A program made the translations under genes and the position numbers. Of a DNA stretch of 64,000 bases, positions 58,363 to 64,000 are shown in pieces. Source of the DNA: Eledone cirrhosa (lineage: Eukaryota); NCBI GenBank assembly GCA_964016885.1, contig OZ024745.1:94178001-94242000 (forward strand), in the 5' to 3' direction. How positions within the stretch are numbered: the stretch's first letter is position 1; the number at the start of each line of letters is the position of its first letter. The notes below the pieces were generated by a model, which did not search any database, was not told the DNA's origin, and saw nothing but the letters and a program-made list of their open reading frames with translations.

Positions 58363-59035
58363 TTGGAAACCCATAAAACATGAGACAGCTTGAAGAATTG
58401 ATTTAATCATATACAGTAAATAATTGTTTCTATGTTAGGCACAAGGCCAGCAATTACCCAGTGCATTACCGGTACTTTATTTTATCGACCCCGTAAGGAT
58501 GAAAGGCAAAGTTAACCTTGGCGGGATTTGAACTCAGAATGGCAAGGGCCATAACTCTATACGTCAAAGCATGGCATCCGACCCTCTACCAATACTGCCA
58601 ATCCACCGCCCTTATATAGTAAATAATCCACCGCCCATATACAGTAAATAATGGTTTCTAATTTTGGCACAATTTTGAAGGAAAGGGGAAAGTCGATTAA
58701 ATCGACCCGAATACGTTACTGGTAATTTATAGCAATATTCTTGATAGAATATAGATAACCTCTGCAGGATTTGAACTTAGAATATAAAGGGCCATAACTA
58801 CATGCTCCAAAGCATGTTGTCCGACACTCTACTGGTATTGTCAATCTATGCAGTAGATAATAAATGATGATATTAAATGATATACGCACAACGAATTTAA
58901 TACGAAATTCTTTATACTATTATTACCAATTGCCGAAGTTAACTTTGCCTTTCATCCTTACGGGGTCGATAAAATAAAGTACCAGTAATGCACTGCGTAA
59001 TTGCTGGCCTTGTGCCGAAAGTAGAAGCAATTATT
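57480..59035. mobile_element. SINE cluster: about 6 minus copies plus one truncated plus copy with a 16-bp TSD
   Basis: Repeated SINE motifs; tattattaccaattgc flanks the copy at ~58934-59031. Confidence 0.88.
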
Positions 59036-59049
59036 ATTACCAATTGCTT

Positions 59050-59760
59050 AAGATATTTTAATTGGTGTAGGGATGTAACTATACAGCACGTATCGAGAAA
59101 TTGTGAGGAACAACGAGGTTAATAACCAACTTTAGTGTTAGGGCATACAACATTCAAGGATTTGCTTAAGGATATTCCACGCTCTCATTCACCGTCTTCC
59201 AGCTAATACTATTTCTACCCCAATTATATTGCTAAACACTAACGACATCTAGAATGCTGCATATTGTACATTTTCAGAAAGTTCAAGTTTCTGGAGAGCT
59301 TATTATTTTATTCTAAGTAGTGTCCACACTTCTACCTCGCACAACAGAACTGGAACGAGCTGTCAAGAAACATTAATAATCTGAAATTCTTCATTCGTGT
59401 GTTCTAAAGAAGTTAAAATCTGTTAGTGCAAATGAAAACACTTTCTATTGTTTGCAATACTATCAGGGCAATAGTAACATAGTTTTTAGTAGAGACAGTG
59501 GAGGAAATGTAATTAATTACGATTTTCTCATGGGGTTTGTTAGTTAAATAGTTGTCAAGTACAGGTAAATATTTCCTTATAAAATAAAATAAAAATCACG
59601 ATGTGTTGAATGTGGTTCAAACACACTGAAGCACAGAAACTTGACACAAAAATACACAATTATATGGACATAACATTATTGATTAAGTTTTAAACGGAAT
59701 TAAATTTCATAAAATTCCAATCAGTAAATGATTTAAGGGGAACACTGTATGCAGCCATTA
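59050..59760 (+). pseudogene. Caspase-like relic (large/small subunit junction)
   Basis: One frame from 59401: VLKKLKSVSANENTFYCLQYYQGNSNIVFSRDSGGNVINYDFLMGFVS*IVVKYR (QACQG-like, then DFLxG..S..YR-like). Confidence 0.5.
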
Positions 59761-59769
59761 TGTTACTTG

Positions 59770-60245
59770 GCGGATCGGCAGACTATGAAGCAGTTTCAAT
59801 CTGCAGTTGGAGCTGCTATAACACTCATAAAGTATATAGGGGCCATGCTTATTAGAGTTGGAATGTTTGAGGTTGAATTAAGGGCAAGAATTGCAGGAGT
59901 TGATGCAGTGATGCGCCAGGTTCAGCATCCGGTAATCAGAAGAAGGGAGGTGAGCGTAAAAGTGAAACTAGCTATCTTCAATTCGGTATTTAAGCCACCC
60001 CTTACCTATAGTTACGAGTTTGACCGAAAGAATACGATCGCAAATACAAGTGGCCGTAATGGGGTTCCTCCGAAGGGTCTTTGGAGTAACGTTCCTCGAT
60101 AAAATGCGTAGCTTGGAGATCAGAGAGTCGTTCTTGATAGAGCCGCTACTGCTTCGAATTGAGAAATCATAGATACTATGGACATGTGGTTAGAATGTAT
60201 CAGAAAAGAATCGCTAGACAGATTTTACCGGCAAAACCAACGGTC
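59770..60245 (+). mobile_element. RTE-clade LINE 3' fragment
   Basis: KYIG..EL.ARI..VKVKLAIFNSVFKPPLTY..YYGHVVRM; homologous to 62390-62620. Confidence 0.75.
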
Positions 60246-60799
60246 GACACTACGAAAATACGTATACCAGCAAATTACCTAATAAAGTAAAACTTGTCTT
60301 CATATTCAGTATTATTATACATATAGTTTTTCGTATACTACCCATGTGATACGACATCACCATTGAAAACATGCACATAACATAGAGTGCTTTATCCTGA
60401 TTGCACCATTATATATTAATTGAAATGTTGCAAACGCAAACAAAACCATTTGATTAGACAGTTTAGTAACACAGCTATATATAAACACTTGCATTTTTAA
60501 AATACATATTGACTGTTAGATATTAGAAATACACAAACATTTTACAAAAGCTGTTGAATGTGTGAGTTTTGACGTAATATATTTAAGTACAAGTAAACAT
60601 GCAACACACTGAAAAGAAAAATATCGATAGTATTGCAAAAAAACAAACAAAAAAAAAACGTTACCAATATTCCATCCAAAATAGCTATTCAATAGTGTGT
60701 AACCTCTTTATTTTGTTACATAATTACTGGTGGACGAAAGTGTTCTTTTAAGTACTCGGATATCCCTCTCTCTTCCTATATATAAATACATCCAATTAG

Positions 60800-61710
60800 G
60801 TGGATATTCAAAGAACTAGCAGGCAATTTCACAGTCTTTGTTGACAAAGGCACGTATTCTATTTTATCAAAAGACATAATAAACACAATTTACGCACTAA
60901 TTTAATCAAGTATATATTCCCTTTCTAAATCAATGCCATTCGTCTAACGCTATCAAAGGTTACTTATGTCATTCCTATAGAAAAACGGTTTTGAGGAGAA
61001 AATGTCGCGTAGGTCAATTTCAAGTGCCTCTAAGGAATTGTAGTCTTTTGCTGTAATAAAATAAATATAATCTGAAGGAGCAAGATGGGGAGAATATGGA
61101 GGATGTGCAAGCCTTTTCCAGCCAAGTCCCTCAATCTTGGAACATGTAATTTTTACACTATGAAGCGGGGCGTTGTTGTGATAACACACTTTCGATTGAC
61201 TACAGAGTACACTTTTTCTTTCAAAGATTTTTCATTCAATCGATTGAATTGTTCACAGTACATTTGAAAAGTGATTGTCTGGTTTTGTGGCGAAGTTTCA
61301 AAGTGTATTCATTAAACCTGTCATATCCCACCAAACGCTAAACAAGTCATTCCGAGGATGAAGATCTTGTTTCGGATAGGGTTTTGCTTGTTATCCTGAT
61401 TGAACCCACTGCGGTTAGCGTTTAACGTTTTTATCCAGTATTCGCTTTTCATCACCGGTTACTAGACAGTTAAAAAATGGTTACTTACACTCTCAAGAAT
61501 GAAGAACAGTGCAGGTATTAACGCGTTCTCTTCAATTGTTTTCACTCAGTTCATATGGAATCCACTTGCCAAGCTTAGACATCATTCTAAGATCCTGTAA
61601 ATGTCAATGGATGGTTAATGACGTTGATGACGCTGAATTAACCCCTTCTACTAACACTTAACAATTGCCTGGGGATTTGGTTCAATAGCAGCTTTCAGCG
61701 TATCATTATT
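60800..61710 (-). mobile_element. Decayed mariner transposase
   Basis: HNNAPLH..LGWKRLAHPPYSPHLAPSDY (HDNA and YSPDLAPSD motifs). Confidence 0.8.
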
Positions 61711-61713
61711 AAA

Positions 61714-61997
61714 GTGGATTGGCAGTATCGGTAGAGGGTCGGACGCCATGCATTGACGCATAGAGTTACGGCCCTTACCATTCTGAGTTCAAATCCCGCC
61801 GAGGTTAACTTTGCCTTTCATCCTTACGGGGTCGATAAAATAAAGTACCAGTAATGCACTGGGTAATTGCTGGCCTTGTGCCAAAAGTAGAAACATTTAT
61901 TAAAACATTTGCCTTTCATCCTTACGGGGTCGATAAAATAAAGTACCAGTAATGCACTGGGTAATTGCTGGCCTTGTGCCTAACGTAGAAACAATTA
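61714..61997 (+). mobile_element. SINE with duplicated 3' half
   Basis: Core and tail (tttgcctttcatcc..agaaaca) occur twice in tandem. Confidence 0.9.
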
Positions 61998-62049
61998 TTA
62001 AAACAAACATGTTGTCCACAGCGGTGGTAATTTTCCTAGTTGAAATTTA

Positions 62050-62798
62050 TTGAACTATTGTTGCCTGAAGTCTGTATACGAATGCTCTAGTATTTGTGTT
62101 CGGATAAATGGTGCTCAGTCGAACCCATTAAATATGAGTGCCGGACTCCACCAAGGGCGGAGACTACCCCCTCTCCTGTTTATAATCGTTATGATCAGGA
62201 TTGACATGTGCTGTCGTGTTAGAAGTGGTATCATGACTGACAGGTGAAGGATCAGGCGGAAGGTGATCTCCGACATGCGCTTTATAGGTTTGCTGTCGAG
62301 TGCTTCACCGCAAGAATAAAAACCAGTAATGTTTTTATTCAGTCAGTTTCCAAAGAATGCCTGCCCAGTGCACACTACATGTGAGTGGAGTTTCCTGACC
62401 AAAAGAATACAATCTCAAATACAAGTGACCGAAATTGCGTCCCCCCTAGGGTATTTGGAGTAACGTTCCTCGATAGAATGCGTAACTCGGAGATCAGAGT
62501 GTCGTTGTAGATAGAGCCGCTTCTTTTCCGAATTAAGAGATCACAGCTCCGATACTATGGACATGTGGCTAGAATGTCTCAGGAAAGAATTGCTGGATAG
62601 GTTTTACCGGCAAAACCAACTGGCATGAGACCCATTGGTAGAACGAGAGAAAGATGGTTGAATAACATCCATGAACTAGACTGGTCACTTTTTAGGATCC
62701 AGCCGGATCAATGGGAAAGAGTTACTTTTGACAGAGAGGCGTGTTTGAGGACTTTGCTCCCACGGTCCTTCCAACAATAAGCAGCAAAGAAGAAGAAG
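62050..62798 (+). mobile_element. RTE-clade LINE fragment with internal deletions
   Basis: VRING..GLHQG..LPPLLFII; QLRYYGHVARM..RPIGRTRERW; (GAA)n tail. Confidence 0.8.
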
Positions 62799-62799
62799 C

Positions 62800-63700
62800 T
62801 TTTTCAAATTTGGTACAGTTTAACTTCACATTTGCACAGGTGCTGGCCCTCTAATTTGGCAGCTTACAATGAAGATCGAATCGAATAGTTTCGTCTTTCA
62901 TAAATCACTCATCAGAGATTATTTATCGCGACATTCAAGCTGCCAAAATAAAGAAGTTTAGAGATTCATATGGAAATGTAATCATATTTATAAGAATTTA
63001 AGAATGTGTCAGTTTATATAATGTTACAACGTTGAATATTAGTAATTAATAACTAAAATACTTGCTTCATAAGCATACCTTTTGTGTGGCGAAATTATGC
63101 TGTGGTTAAATCATATTTGTCATAATTTTGTTTATATTTGTTGTGTAACTATGATGCTTCTTTACTTTCGCATATCTAAGACTGATGAGAGGAAGGGTAA
63201 AATGTATTCTCTGACGAGGGAGCTTGTCCAAATACTTGCAACAGGATCGACTTAGCCAAAGGCTCCCAAGGTCAAGGTGGTGGTGTAAGAACATGTTAAA
63301 AGACATTTAATCTTATGTCCAAATAATTCCACTATCTACCACTCTGAACCAGTATTTTATTTTATCAACTCCGAAAGGCTGAAAGGCAAAGCTGACTTCG
63401 GCAGGATTCGAACTCAGAAGTAAGTTGGGATAAATACCTGAAGGTATTTTGTTTCATTCAATAACGACTCTGCCAAATCATTGCCATAAGAAAAAAAGTA
63501 ATGAACTCATTAGGGAATGTAACCTGCGATAGTCTGGCGCCTATTCTGGTATTCTGGTATTCCACGAGGTTTAGCAGACATTTTACACATTGCCTGTTTG
63601 TCTGATTTTACTTCAACTGTAATTCTCATTGACAAAATTCAGATATCTTCGAGTTTAATTTTGTTTCCCATTATTTTTGTTGTTTTTTAATTATGTAAAC
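62800..63700 (-). pseudogene. Decayed caspase-like gene (clearest relic), interrupted by a SINE at ~63345-63485
   Basis: In order: ITVEVK..CKMSAKPRGI (63587-63558; YKMxxKPRG-like), SLRYAKV, YDLTTA*F, NII*TD, L*KTKLF..IFIVSCQ (62903-62856; LxGKPKLFFIQAC-like). Confidence 0.62.
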
Positions 63701-64000
63701 ACAGAATCTTGTCCTCGGGGGTACAACAGAGATGTACCGCGCAGCCAAACATATAAACTTTGCTTCTTCCTTCTTCTTCCTATAAAAATCATTGTTCTCC
63801 TTTCCCCTTTAAATGTTTCTCCCTTTTTTTCTCTATCTGTTAAAATCTGCCAATTATTCTAAAAACATTCAACGTAACATCGAAATCTATTTATATAGAA
63901 CGTTTCTGGAGTTCACAAGAGATTAGGTCGTGTTAAGTGTAGTAAATTAGTTTCAATGGAGATCACGTAGTTGGTTTTCTAGCATCTTAACTCTCGCACA

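Overview
AT-rich, microsatellite-dense animal genomic DNA. The SINE families and (TA)n/(CA)n density suggest an octopod cephalopod (inference). No intact host gene is evident. The window holds mostly repeats: a very abundant tRNA-derived SINE (about 30 copies, often in clusters), three Penelope-like elements (RT + C-terminal GIY-YIG; one is near-intact, with a 1.48-kb terminal inverted repeat), a decayed two-ORF Tx1/L1-type LINE with a 20-bp TSD, a CRE-type 3' fragment, RTE fragments, mariner and Tigger-like DNA transposons, a non-autonomous Helitron, and minisatellites of 33, 41, about 43 and 54 bp. Three signals are not obvious from the ORF track. (1) The apparently unique AT-rich spacers keep caspase (C14A)-like motifs in the correct order at several loci, suggesting a decayed caspase gene cluster; the 33-bp and 54-bp arrays appear to have expanded in frame inside two of these relics. 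(2) Minimal type I hammerhead-ribozyme motifs occur in PLE tails and in a 419-nt tandem unit resembling a retrozyme. (3) The SINE and the Tx1 LINE have similar 3' ends, suggesting a SINE/LINE partnership. All family calls are by-eye motif recognition, not database searches.
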